Below are positions 10,985 through 23,301 of a stretch of 64,000 nucleotides of DNA, piece after piece. The stretch's first letter is position 1. Every line of letters starts with the position of its first letter. This DNA comes from Zygnema circumcarinatum SAG 698-1b. Its lineage: Eukaryota > Plantae > Zygnematophyceae. Location: NCBI GenBank assembly GCA_037447605.1, contig CM074819.1, forward strand, positions 186,001 through 250,000. The letters are read 5' to 3'. The notes under the pieces were generated by a model that was given only the letters and a program-made list of their open reading frames with translations, did no database searches and was not told the origin of the DNA. The position numbers were made by a program, and so were the translations under genes.

Positions 10985-13388
10985 AAATCCTTACGCCACC
11001 GACCGGTGACCCTCGCACCAGTTGAGTGGGTCTTTTCTAGGCTTTGGCGCACTATTTTCAAAAGTTCATCCAAGGGTTTAGTAAACTGGTTACCCCCTTG
11101 ACTAATTTGACACGTTCCTGTGTCTCCTTTACAGGATGCATTCCAAGGTGTGCGCCATGCCCTTGTGCCACGCTAACTCCACTTCCCGCTTAGCCGGACC
11201 CTGCCCAAGCCTTATGAAGCGGTTTGTGATGCTTCGGGATTCGCCTTGGGTGCCGTCTTGTTTCAGGATGGCCAACCTTTGGCATATGAAAGTCGCAAAA
11301 TGAATCCCGGGCCGAAGCGCAACTATTCTCGCAATGCAATCAGAACCGGGCTAGACGCTGGTCCACGCCCCCAGGACATGGCGGTGCTATTTAGGTGGGG
11401 GGCGTAAAGCGTCACGCTGTCATCACCACCGCCGGGCTGACACGTTCCTTCAACCTGCCAGACCCTGCCTAGGCGCAAGTGTGCAAATGGGTCCGAAGTT
11501 CCTCCAAAGGCTTCTGACCGCTGTGCTGGGTTTATCGGCCCGGAAGGTCAATGTAGCGTAATCTAATCGGTAGGCAGCCTCGCATCTTGTCTAGATGGTG
11601 CGCCGTTTACTCGAAGTGTTGGTGGAACGAGATTTATTGAGGTGAGGGGCCGCCACCCCCGAAGCCCCGCCCGCAGATAAAGCCTTGTCATAGATCCCTC
11701 CACTGACGCAGCTTAACCCCCGCTTCTCTCGACCCCGCATAGATATTCAGAGGTATACTGCGATCCTTTGTTCCCCTCGATGCCGGCGAAATGGATATAA
11801 GGACAAAGTGGTGTCTAAGGACGGATTCTCGTACCACGCCGCCAGCTGGTCGTGCTCCAAGGTCGGGACCGCACGCAGCTCATTCCTCGGGTGAGCTGCT
11901 ACGATCCTCCTGCACTCCAGGTCAAGGCTGGGAGCTGCCAAAAACCCTCGCGGAGGCACCGCCCGGTAGCCCCGTGGCTCCTGACTCTCGAGGGATGTGA
12001 AAGCCGCATGTACCGCTGTCCAACCTGTCAATCTAAACAAACCCCTGGCCGTGAGTGACCCTCGCCAACAAGATCCCTCACAACTTTCGAAATGGGATAG
12101 TGTGGGTATGGACTTGATCACAGATCTTCCTGTGACACCTCGGGGGCATGACTCTATCCTCGTCTTTGTCGATCGGCTTAGCAAGATGGTGCATTTTGCA
12201 CCAACTACTAAGACAGCTGGGGCCGACGAGATTGCACGGTTGTATGCTTTCGACAAAGTCCTGAGCCGCGATGGTCTGAAATTGTGTTCCATCAGGATCC
12301 ACGCATTCACCGCTACTTTCACCCGGAAGTGCTCAAGATCGCTGGGGACCAAGCAGCGCTTGAGTACCTTTCCACCCACAAACCGGATGGCCGACGCTAA
12401 CGGTGAAGAACAGGATCCGAGGATTACCGCATTATGTGGGACCTACCTCGATGGGTGGGACCTAACCGCCCTGCTGGCTGAGTATGCCATCAATAATGCT
12501 TACCAGAGTCCATTGGTACCACCCCCTTTTCTTGAACTTTGGCCAAGATCCCCAAATCCCCGCAGAACCGCGCGATCACCGACCAAGGGAACATGGGCGC
12601 CCAATGTAAAACCCCTCGGATCCTGGAAGCCGAGGGACCTGATGGGACTAACCTCCCGGCAGCCGATCTTGTCCGACTAATGTCCGGTGGGCGCCGTAGA
12701 GGGCACGGGTATTCCCCGCTAGCGCTCCGGCCGCTGGCCAAAAGGGGCCTATATGTGCCGACCGTCACCGTATCTAACCTCACCTTCAACGGGCGCATGA
12801 GGTGTTGCTGGGTACGCGTAACTTGAGACTCCAAAAGCTTGGGTGGCGAACACGTGGCCCCGGCTTCATCGGACCCTTCGTGGTCGGAAGCGACCAATGA
12901 TGTCGCCATAAAAGTTGATTTACTCATCCCACAATGGCGAACCGGCCTTTCATGTGGGTTTGCTAAAGGTCTAACAGAAGGATGTGGGAGGATCCAACCA
13001 TTCCCACTCCAAGGGAACTTGGAAGGTGAACTTGAGTGCTGAAGCCGGTGTCCGGTAATTCTACCCACCGCCTTGTGAGAAAGGCCTATCTTTCCTGGCC
13101 ACGCACACCGAAGTGTCGGGGCCATGGGGCTGAACATGACATGGGGAAATGCAGGGCAACTTAACCAAATGCCGAGCTCAACAACTTGTAATCGGGTAAG
13201 CAGTCAGCAGAGAGCCGGTCAGTTCCCTTTCGCCGCCCTCGCTAAATCCTGGAAGGGACTTGACCGATTATCGGGCTGGCCTCCTGCTATCACGTAGAGT
13301 TCGACGCTGCGCCGCTGGAAACTACGAAGTCAGCTTTACATTCCCACACACGCGAACGAGGGCGCTCACATCTCACAAGGTGGTGCAA

Positions 13389-14090
13389 TGTAGCGAATCG
13401 CCATGGCCACCCACCTGGAGGTGTGTACTTAGGGCGCCGCCTCCGGGCCCTAGTAAGTACTCCTCACTCCCCCGGCTGGCCGAAAGTGGCCAAGGCGCCG
13501 GGGACCACCTAGACCGCTGGCGGGGTTCCGTGGGATCAACTCCGCGGCGTTGCAAGGTGGTTCGGACGCGGGCGCCGTATACCGGTGACATATATGTAGT
13601 CGTTGCCGCCGATGTGGTCGGTGGATCACGGAATTCCACTGGCCATCTTCTACGCTTTGGGTAACCGCCGCCCGCATAATTACGGGTTACCGCTGGTACG
13701 ACGACCGCCGCTTGCCGGACTCCGCCGCTGCAGGTTCACCGCGTAATCGACAGACGCCGCCGCGCCGGGCCGTTGCGCGCGCGCCGCCGCCGCTGAATGC
13801 GCGGCGAAGCATTCAGATATTGTAGAGCTACACCTCTCACCCATTCGAAAGTCAGAGAGGAACACGGGCGTTTGCCATTGGGATGTACTCTGCTTCCAAC
13901 TTCCATGCTGGTAGGAGGTTCGCACGGGAAGCGTATGCAGTGACCGGCCGTCACCCAAATCAACGCATCGGCATCTGGTTGCACCTCGCCTGTGGTCAGC
14001 GCTTCTACCTTCTAGCTCTTGCTCTCTCTCACAACTCGAGTGCTGGTGTGTGATCCCGCCGCCAGCTGAAGATGTGCCTCAGTCGCTACG
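13389..14090 (+). repeat. 3' LTR of the gypsy element (~700 bp)
   Basis: Starts TGTAGCGA and ends TCGCTACG. It is colinear with the solo LTR at 29349-30005 (opposite strand) at both ends. Confidence 0.8.
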
Positions 14091-14425
<335 letters not shown>

Positions 14426-15046
14426 GCAAGCCAACCATTACATCAGGACAGAGCTTTGCACCCACCAAAAGAAAAAGGATAAAAAGAGAATAAAAAGTTC
14501 TTAAATATAGAAAAACTCGACAAAGTGTCTGCGCGGAGGAAAGAGAACATCACAAGAGAGAGCGCATATTTTAAATATAGGAGAAATTGCGAACATTGAA
14601 ATACCCTAATCACTTTGAACCTGGCAGCCTATTCTTTGGATTTGATGTCAAGTCATAGAACGTTTTTATCATCAAGGAACATTCTTTCGTTTTACTTAGG
14701 GCAATTTCTTATGTTGTGGCCTGCTTGCTCAACGCGAGTCTTATACTCAGTCATTTGTGTGGAGATTGCAAACCGAGAAGAGGAGGAGGGGGAGGGGTGG
14801 GCAGGGGAGGGGAGGGGAGAGGACGGGAGGGGAGGGCAGGGAAGGTGAGGGAAGGGGAGGGGGAGGGGAGGGGGAGGGCACGGGAGGGGAGGGGAGGGGG
14901 AGGGGTGGGGGAGGGGAGGGGAGAGGGAGGGCAGGGGAGGGGAGGGGAGGGGAGGGCGGGGAGGGGAGGGAAGAGGACGGGAGGGGCGGGAAAGAAATAT
15001 TCAAAACAGGGGGGCTATCTCCTCCCGAAATATCCAAAATGGGGGA

Positions 15047-15133
15047 GGGGGGCAGAATAGCTAAAATGGGAGGGTGGGATTTCAAAAAAATAGGGGCGGT
15101 ATAACCAAAAAGGGGGGGCGGTATATAATTCTC
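15047..15133 (-). repeat. Right arm of the inverted repeat pair (partner 6956-7045)
   Basis: ggcagaatagctaaaatgggagggtgggatttc...gcggtatataattctc. Confidence 0.8.
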
Positions 15134-16486
15134 TGGAACGTCTAGGCTCCACAACGCGGCCCTAGAAGCAGCCGCGAAGGTCGCCGATGTTCACATCACA
15201 TCACATCGCGTGAAGGGACAGTGGGAGAGAAAAAGGATCGTAGAGAAGAAAGGATCCCAGAGGGTCGCCAACAACCGCGGCACGCCGAAGAAGCGTCGAA
15301 GCGAAGAGAGCAACGCTGAAGGGCGAAGGACATGCGCTGTCAATAAAAGGTTGCGAGCATAGCTAAAGGAAGGCTTCCGGGGCCGTGCTTCAAGTATGGA
15401 GTACTGTGGTGAATCCATGATTTTTGCTGAAGTGGGCTTAGCCTCCTCTCAATATACACTACAGAAAAAAACATTTATAGAATAAAGTAAAAATAATAAT
15501 AATAATAAAAGTTAAATTTACAAACTCTCAGGCCCCCAACTTCCGCCACTGATGAAGTATGGCGTATTTTCATTTTTTAAAAAGAAAACATACACTGGGG
15601 CCCGTTACAAAACTGAAGCAGCAAAAGCTGACACAGGGACTCATCCAGAAAAGGCAAGGACCAAATGTTGCTCTTTCTGACACTACAGCAGCCACGGTTG
15701 CTCGGAGCTCCGCCACGGGGCTGGAGCAACAAGGCAACAGGAAAGGTCTTCTTTCCTCGGCTATAGAGACTTTCTCCCTCTTCTCCTTCTCTGTCTTCGA
15801 ATTCTTTCAGGCGCTCTCCCTTGATGCAGCCAACTTGTAACTTAGTTTCAAATCAGTTTCAACTTGTTTTCAGTTGTTTGCTTTTAAACAAATAACAAAA
15901 CATGCCGGCTTTATGGATTGAACCACAGCAGGACCACAAGCTTTATACTGGATGGCATGGATCTCCACAACGCGTTGGAAAGCTGCCCCATCTCCTCTCT
16001 CTCATATCTTCCCCGTTTCTCTTCCCTCCCTCCTCTTAACACCCCTCCCCCTCCACTTCCTTTCCCTCCTTCCTCCTCCCTCCCCTTCCCTCTCTCCTTT
16101 CCTCCTCCCTCTCTCCCTCTCCTCTTTTCCCTCCTTTCCTCCCTCTCTCTTCCTTCCTCCTTCCTCCTTTCCTCCACCTCCCTTCTCCCTCCCCTCTCGC
16201 CCTCCCCCTCCTTTCTCACTCTTCCCCACTCTCCCCTCCAATTCTGAATCGAGAATTCGCCTTTCCTTAAATTCTTTACTACCTTTTCCGTTAACTACTC
16301 TCTCTCGCTTCTCCACTTTCAGTACTCCGTCCCCGAAATTACCTTACGCTCTCTCGTTCTACCACCCCTACATGGCACCACTCTCTTCCCCTATGCCCCA
16401 CCCTCCCGCGGATCTGTCGTCGCTTCATCCGTACAACCGAGCAGTTCTTAAAAAAATAAATAAACTGTTGCAAGTTGAAGCTGTGA

Positions 16487-16657
16487 CTTGTAATCGCTGC
16501 AGGGGACATGCAGCCTGGAAAGCATGCGCAAAAGTCACGTGTCCACTTGTAATCCTGCAGAATACATGCAGCCTGGAAAGCATGCGCAAAAGTCACGTGT
16601 CCACTTGTAATCCTGCAGAATACATGCAGCCTGGAAAGCATGCGCGAAGTCACGTGC
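16487..16657 (+). promoter_or_regulatory. 58-bp tandem repeat x3, each unit carrying an RY motif (CATGCA) and a G-box/ABRE (CACGTG; ACGTGTC in units 1-2)
   Basis: acatgcagcc recurs at 16506, 16564 and 16622. CACGTG occurs at 16536, 16594 and 16651. The repeat is certain; a regulatory role is inferred. Confidence 0.6.
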
Positions 16658-16824
16658 CATCCACGTCCCTAAGCAAATAAAGAATAGTAGTTAGGGCGAT
16701 CCAACGGCCAACATGCACTGCATGTCGTTGGTTTTACCGACGGCCGAAAGGTGGCGCGAGAAAAGTGTCGACTTTTTTCCTTTTTTGGGCGTTGAGAACC
16801 CTAAAGCTCTCTCCATATCTCAAA

Positions 16825-17310
16825 ATGGAGGCATGGCGAAGTATTTGGGTTGTCGCAACCGCTGTCCTCTGCGCATTAGCAGCAGCTGGAAGACTCGGGG
16901 GTGACGGCGGGGCGGGCGCAGGCGGGCTAGCGCAGGCGAGGCATAGAGCGGGCGCGTGCAGGCGCCTTGCGAGAGGATGGGAGCGACGTGCTTTAGAGAG
17001 AGAGGAAGCTCAGGGCGCCATGGATGCTCTGGACGTTGCTCGCGACTTCTTAGAACGCCGCAATCCGCCAGAAATTTACTACAACGATCAGCCATACGGA
17101 CTATCTCGTGAGGTATTGGATGAAATTCTGCATCCAGGAGAATCGACGTTTCACCTCAACGTCGGCGAATTCGTCTGGTACTTTCTTCGTCTCTCTATCA
17201 TTGGCATATTGATAGAGTGGGCGTATAACAGGACAAGGGCAGTGTGGAATATGCGACCAGAGCAAGGAGACACAGAGCAGAGCCGCGAGTTAGAAGGGCC
17301 ACCTTTCTAG
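16825..17310 (+). CDS. Orphan single-exon ~161-aa protein with a predicted signal peptide and one TM segment
   Basis: The start has plant-like context (caaaATGG). It has a hydrophobic N-terminus (MEAWRSIWVVATAVLCALAAAG) and a second hydrophobic stretch (FVWYFLRLSIIGILIEWAY). The sequence is not low-complexity. No family was recognised. Confidence 0.55.
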   Translation: MEAWRSIWVVATAVLCALAAAGRLGGDGGAGAGGLAQARHRAGACRRLARGWERRALEREEAQGAMDALDVARDFLERRNPPEIYYNDQPYGLSREVLDEILHPGESTFHLNVGEFVWYFLRLSIIGILIEWAYNRTRAVWNMRPEQGDTEQSRELEGPPF

Positions 17311-17614
17311 TAGTCAACGACATGGACCTCCATAGCAGTGGTGAAGGTGGCACGCATTGAGAAGGAAAGTGACGAAACACCGCAAGTCTGCTCGTAAAAG
17401 AGCATTAGATGTGATTTTTCATGTATATTTTGTAAGGATGTCTTGTTGGTACTCGAGAGAAGTTAGAATGCTTGCAAGGATTTTTGCTGGTCCACTTTCA
17501 TGTATGGCGTTCTAGCACTCTTCCTTGCAGTTTGTAGTTTTCCTTTTGGACCGTCCCCTTTTTGATTTTTTTCCTCCACTCGTTCCATTTAATCATGTAT
17601 CTTCTCCTACGGAA

Positions 17615-17720
17615 ATGTGGCATTGATCTCACGATGGCGATGCCATCAAGTGTACATGGACAAAATGATCATGGGTAACCAAGAGGAACTGTCACAAAGG
17701 ACCTAAGGACAAGGACCTAA
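17615..17720 (+). repeat. ~100-bp dispersed repeat; other copies at ~6882-6950 (+), ~28075-28152 (-), ~28168-28258 (+) and ~37750-37845 (-)
   Basis: Shared core tgtggcattgatctcacg(c)atggcgatgccatca...catggacaaaat, with aaaggacctaag in the longer copies. Confidence 0.8.
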
Positions 17721-18042
17721 GGACAAAAGAAAAAATCTAGCTAGCTAAGCTAAGCTAGCTTCTCCTACATGTTCCTTGTTGATTAAGAGAGCTACACGTT
17801 TAGAACAATTGGGGTTGTACATGGAGCGCACAATACAACGAACAATTAAGAATAGAAGAATTCAGGCTGAATCAAAAAGCAAGAAAGTCCCAATCTATTT
17901 CTCTATCTACTATTCAAGGTAAGGCTGCAAACGATTCTGAAGGCGAGCTCACGGCGCTCATTGACGATTCTGAAATTTCTCTTCGAGTGGGACCACGCTC
18001 AAAAGGCAAATTGCGCTTGTGACTTCAAGGCCTTGTTGTTAG

Positions 18043-21000
18043 CTATCGCCCTCGGGGTGGTATTCCGGAACCCGTCTTCTTCAAAGGAGCAGTTTCCGGT
18101 AGAACAACAGGGGCTTGCAGAAACACAAATCTGCAAAATTAAAAAAAAATGTGTGAGCTTTTAATTGCATTTTACCATGTACCTGAAATTCCATCCAAGT
18201 AAAATTGGAGGGAGGAGGGGGGAGGGGGGAAGGGGGGAAGGAATGGGGGAAAAAAGGGGGGGGAAAAGGGGGGAAGGAAGGGGGGAAGCAGGAGGGGGAA
18301 AAGGGGGGAAGGAAGGGGGGAAGGCAGGAGGGAAGGCAGGGGGGAAGGAAGGAGGGAAGGAAGGGGGGAAGGCAGGGGGGAAGGAAGGAGGGAAGGAAGG
18401 GGGAAAGGCAGGGGGGAAGGCAGGGGGGAAGGCAGGGGGGAAGCAGGGGGGAAGACAGGGGGGAAGGGAGGGGGGAAGGGAGGGGGGAAGGGAGGGGGAA
18501 GGGGAGGGGGGAGGGCCGTGAGGAGGAGGGGGAGAGGGAGAAGGAGGGGCGTAAGGGGGAGGGGGTGGTGCAGTTGCGGTTTATGCTGACCTATACACGC
18601 TAGCTGCTAGCGCCGCCCCCAAGCAGGGTGCCACCCAATATATCCAGTGAGATTTTCCCCACTGGCTGGTTACAAAGGCGGGCCCAAAACTCCTAGCTGG
18701 ATTCATGGATGCTCCGGTGAATGGAACTCCCACTAGGTGATCCACAACTACCGCAAATCCGATTGGTAGTGGCGCAATAACACCTAAAATTCGAAGGAGA
18801 AAGTGAATTAATCCAAAAGCGACTCCCTTGAATGGTTAATATATTCGTGTGTGGAGGTCTTAAGTTTGATTATTCTACAGTGTTTAGTCGATGTATACGT
18901 ACCAGGCCCTCTTCGATCAACTGCAACCCCAAAAATTACGAATATGAGGACGAAGGTGAGAATGACCTCCATAAGAAATCCTTGTCCTCCGTTCAAGCCG
19001 TTGGCTATATTGTGAGACCCTAAGGAGCCCTGCCATGCAATCGGAGTCGCACTTTGCAATAGAGCCGCCCCAGACACGGCGCCCAACACCTGAACGAGCA
19101 ATGCTTCTGTAACAGATATCAACATACGAGCCACGCCTTCACCCTTACATAAAGTTCAGAAAGCGAGAAAGCTAACTAATCTAGTAGCACCTCTTCGACG
19201 GGCACGAGAATATTGAATCAACTAGTGGAATTCAGCTTAGTCGTTGACTATGTTTTCATGCAAGCTTGTTGTGTACTTCTAAACAATCATGGATGCCCAT
19301 GTACTTGCATTATGTAATGGAGAATTACAAACGGGGTTGTCGAAACAGAACCTGCGCAGTAATGTAAAGTGCCGCTCGAAGGAGCGTCTCTTTTCCAGCT
19401 ACAACGAATGCAATCGTGACAGCTGGGTTTATGTGACCTCCTGAAATTGCTCCCGTGGCTGCGGCCAAGAAGGCGATGGCGAGGCCGTGCGCGACGGAAA
19501 TGACAAGAAGGCGAGCTGCGGAAAGTTCAATACTGATAATCCCTGTAATAAAAGTAATGAAGGATAGGCATCGGTCGGATAAGACTGAAGAAAATATCTG
19601 CCATTTCGAGATGCAGGCATTTTATTTGTAGTGTAAATGCAGTGTGACTCTGCTGAGATTTGAGTCTACCAGAAGCGACGACCGAGCCGCAACCAACATA
19701 TACAAATATTAACGTGGCGATGTATTCGGCTGCAGCGGCCCTCCATTGCTCTAACGAACGCAGGGACTTTGGCGTCCCAAGCTCTACCTGCAAGAACCCA
19801 GAAAACCGTCAGTGCAACAATCCAAGAAAGCCCTCCCCTTCCCCCACCCCATCCCCCCTCCCCCCTAACCCCTACCCGCTCCCCCCTCCTCGTCCCCCTC
19901 TTCCTCCCCCTCCCTCGCTGACTTGTCGACAATTTATAAGAAAATGATAACATATTTGTCTCCACATTCGTCAAAGTCCCCTCGCCCCTCGTGCCCCGTG
20001 CCCCCGGCACCTGGGTCGCCTGCGCCCCAGTTCCTCGCGCCGAGTCCCCCGCCTCGGGCCCCACCTCCTCCCTTTCACCCTTCCGCCCTCCACTCCCGCC
20101 TCGATCCCCTCCTCCCTCCCCCCCCCCCCCTTCCCCCCCTCTCCTCCCTCGCCTTCTCCTCCTCTCCATCGTCCCCTCCTCGTCTCTTCTCCCCTCCCTT
20201 ACCCCTCCTCATTTTGCCTCGTCTCCTCTCCCCTCCCCACTCTCCTCCCCCTGCTCTCATCCACCCCGTCCCCATCCCCTCATGTCTTCCCCCCTCGACC
20301 CCCACCCGTTCCCCATTCCCCCTCCCCCCCCCTCCCCCCCTTTCCCGCCCTGCAACCCTTCCACCCTCCCGCCCTCCTCCCTCTCCCCTCTTACCCCCTC
20401 CTCCCCCCTCTCCCCATCCTCCCTTTCACTCTTCCCCTTCCCCGTCCCCCACCTCCTCTCCACCATCCCACCCTCCCTCACTTCTCTTTCCTTTCCCATC
20501 CCCACTCCTCCCCTCGCCTCCTCTCCCCTACCCTCTTTCGTCTCCTCCCACTCCTCTTCCCCCTCCCCGTCTCCCCTCCCCGTCTCCCCTTCTCGTCCCC
20601 TGCCCTCTTCTCTCACCCCCTTCCCTCCCATCCTTCTCCTCCCCCTCCCCTTCGCCCACCCCCGCCCCTCGTCTCCCCTCGTCTGCGTCAGGGGCCTGTG
20701 ATCGCACTAACCTTCATGAAGTTAAGCATCGAGACAAGCTTCACTGCTCCTTCTACCATAGTCTGCACCGATGGCTTTTCGGCCCTCTCTGACGCGGAGC
20801 TTCCCCCAGAAGCTTCATGCAGGTCTACCGTTTCGTCTCCTGATAACACAGCGGGAATGAAAGGGCTGCCATCACCGTATTTCTCTCTGCAAAATTTAGG
20901 CGGAAGTTATGATCATTCTTTGCAATAAGAACACAGTTCAGTAAATCGTTTCTGGATGGCTAGAAAAACCATTAAAGATCTTAAACCATGCACTAAATCC

Positions 21001-21292
21001 AGAATATCGGCCTCGACGGTTTCACTTCACCAGTTCCAATTTTTTACATCTTCCACAACTCTAATATATATCTAAATTCATTTTGAAAATTATTTTCTAA
21101 ATAATTATTTTGGAAAGTTTAATATTTCTGAACACTCGGCTTGCAACTGGTCCTGGACCCTAAAAGTCTATGAGGGCGCGCTTCTCACCGCGGCTCATGG
21201 CTGCTATCTCCATTGAAAGCCGAGGGAGTGGAGAGATCTAGTTGCACATACGCGGAGGAAGATCTTCGCTTCGCCTCTGCCATGGCAGCCAT
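18043..21292 (-). CDS. HIP: Aquaporin/MIP of the HIP (hybrid intrinsic protein) type, 7 exons, ~350 aa
   Basis: Exons 21292-21189, 20886-20712, 19787-19670, 19542-19352, 19089-18903, 18783-18591 and 18130-18043 join in phase with GT-AG. Two NPA boxes are present ([21 protein letters not shown]). His at both H2 (VAHG) and H5 (VDHLVG) gives an H/H/A/R filter. Confidence 0.9.
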
Positions 21293-21562
21293 GGAAGTAG
21301 AATTGACCCTTAAATATAGCGAATATGTAGCACACACAATGCTAGCCCCACAAATACTTATTAATCTTTGGAAGGGCGGAAAAAAGCGTTAGAGAGAGAG
21401 AGAGAGAGACGAAAGAGAGGGGAGAGAGAGAGAGGAGCGAGCGAGAGAGACGAAAGAGAGAGGAGAGAGAGAGAGGGCAGAGAGAGAGAGGAGAGAGAGA
21501 GAGAGAGGGAGAGAGAGAGAGAGGGGAGAGAGGGAGAGGGGGAGAGGGCGAGNNNNNNNNNN

Positions 21563-22640
21563 CTCCCTCACTTCTCTTTCCTTTCCCATCCCCACTCCTC
21601 CCCTCGCCTCCTCTCCCCTACCCTCTTTCGTCTCCTCCCACTCCTCTTCCCCCTCCCCGTCTCCCCTCCCCGTCTCCCCTTCTCGTCCCCTGCCCTCTTC
21701 TCTCACCCCCTTCCCTCCCATCCTTCTCCTCCCCCTCCCCTTCGCCCACCCCCGCCCCTCGTCTCCCCTCGTCTGCGTCAGGGGCCTGTGATCGCACTAA
21801 CCTTCATGAAGTTAAGCATCGAGACAAGCTTCACTGCTCCTTCTACCATAGTCTGCACCGATGGCTTTTCGGCCCTCTCTGACGCGGAGCTTCCCCCAGA
21901 AGCTTCATGCAGGTCTACCGTTTCGTCTCCTGATAACACAGCGGGAATGAAAGGGCTGCCATCACCGTATTTCTCTCTGCAAAATTTAGGCGGAAGTTAT
22001 GATCATTCTTTGCAATAAGAACACAGTTCAGTAAATCGTTTCTGGATGGCTAGAAAAACCATTAAAGATCTTAAACCATGCACTAAATCCAGAATATCGG
22101 CCTCGACGGTTTCACTTCACCAGTTCCAATTTTTTACATCTTCCACAACTCTAATATATATCTAAATTCATTTTGAAAATTATTTTCTAAATAATTATTT
22201 TGGAAAGTTTAATATTTCTGAACACTCGGCTTGCAACTGGTCCTGGACCCTAAAAGTCTATGAGGGCGCGCAGCTTCTCACCGCGGCTCATGGCTGCTAT
22301 CTCCATTGAAAGCCGAGGGAGTGGAGAGATCTAGTTGCACATACGCGGAGGAAGATCTTCGCTTCGCCTCTGCCATGGCAGCCATGGAAGTAGAATTGAC
22401 CCTTAAATATAGCGAATATGTAGCACACACAATGCTAGCCCCACAAATACTTATTAATCTTTGGAAGGGCGGAAAAAAGCGTTAGAGAGAGAGAGAGAGA
22501 GACGAAAGAGAGGGGAGAGAGAGAGAGGAGCGAGCGAGAGAGACGAAAGAGAGAGGAGAGAGAGAGAGGGCAGAGAGAGAGAGGAGAGAGAGAGGGAGAG
22601 GGAGAGAGAGAGAGAGGGGAGAGAGGGAGAGGGAGAGGGA
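21563..22640 (-). repeat. Near-identical second copy of 20473-21552 (HIP exons 1-2), probably an assembly overlap
   Basis: It begins immediately after a 10-N gap. The only difference noticed was a 3-bp intronic indel. Confidence 0.8.
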
Positions 22641-22680
22641 GAGGGAGAGGGAGAGAGAGGGAGAGAGGAGAGAGAGAGAG

Positions 22681-22752
<72 letters not shown>

Positions 22753-22774
22753 CGAGAGCGAGAGCGAGAGCGAG

Positions 22775-22830
<56 letters not shown>

Positions 22831-22839
22831 GGAGAGGGA

Positions 22840-22884
<45 letters not shown>

Positions 22885-23158
22885 CGAGAGCGAGAGCGAG
22901 AGAGAGAGAGCGAGAGGGAGAGGGAGAGGGAGAGGGAGAGGGAGAGGCAGGCTTGAAGTGTGTCATAAATATTTTAGGAGAGTCATTTACAGGACCGGCG
23001 GACATGCAAAGACGAAAGGGTGGGGGGTCCAGAAAAAGGACAGTTGAAGCCGACCGGACGCCCAGTTCGAGGCGGTTACGACCGGAGCGTGCAAGCGGCG
23101 GTGCGTACTCGGATTTTTAAGAAAGATGAAAGTGGAGCTAAAATAGCGGTCCATGTAA

Positions 23159-23301
23159 GGGTGCGTTTTCATGGTTCAACTTCGTCCATTTAGTTGGATG
23201 AAAAAGTTGGAAACCGCGGCGGAGAGTTCACATCAGCAACGTTGAACCACATTTGCATTCGTTCAACTAAATGGACGAAGTTGAACCATGAAAACGCACC
23301 C
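23159..23301. mobile_element. PIF/Harbinger (Tourist-like) MITE, 143 bp
   Basis: 38-bp perfect TIRs GGGTGCGTTTTCATGGTTCAACTTCGTCCATTTAGTTG, flanked by TAA and TTA. Confidence 0.8.

Larger units (their letters stand above)
7480..14090 (+). mobile_element. Ty3/gypsy (chromovirus-like) LTR retrotransposon, degenerate
   Basis: Contains a partial 5' LTR (7485-7645, matching 13420-13600), a gag knuckle (CFRCRKEGHKARDCP, ~9030-9080), PR-RT (ORF 9821-10984), RNaseH and integrase remnants (11000-12700; WDSVGMDLITDLP...FVDRLSKMVHF), a chromodomain-like remnant (~12980-13170) and a 3' LTR. RT before IN is the gypsy order. Confidence 0.9.

Noticed and set aside
10985-13388. Novel ORFs on either strand in the gypsy 3' half
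   Set aside because: They are alternative frames of an indel-riddled RNaseH/integrase/chromodomain region, consistent with decay or uncorrected read errors.
14690-14755. Minus-strand MTEYKTRVEQAGHNIRNCPK* as a Mutator zinc knuckle
   Set aside because: Only GHN..NCP matches, the first two Cys are absent, and the ORF is 20 codons long. Too weak to call.
15190-16430. Possible spliced gene on the minus strand (for example AAFQRVVEIHAIQYKACGP)
   Set aside because: No in-phase exon chain or recognisable domain could be built.
16487-16657. 58-bp repeat as a CRISPR array
   Set aside because: The units are contiguous with no unique spacers, there are no cas genes, and the context is eukaryotic.
21563-22640. 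Second HIP promoter and exons as a real alternative 5' end
   Set aside because: It starts exactly at a 10-N gap and is near-identical to the preceding kilobase, the same pattern as the J-protein duplications. Most likely an assembly overlap.
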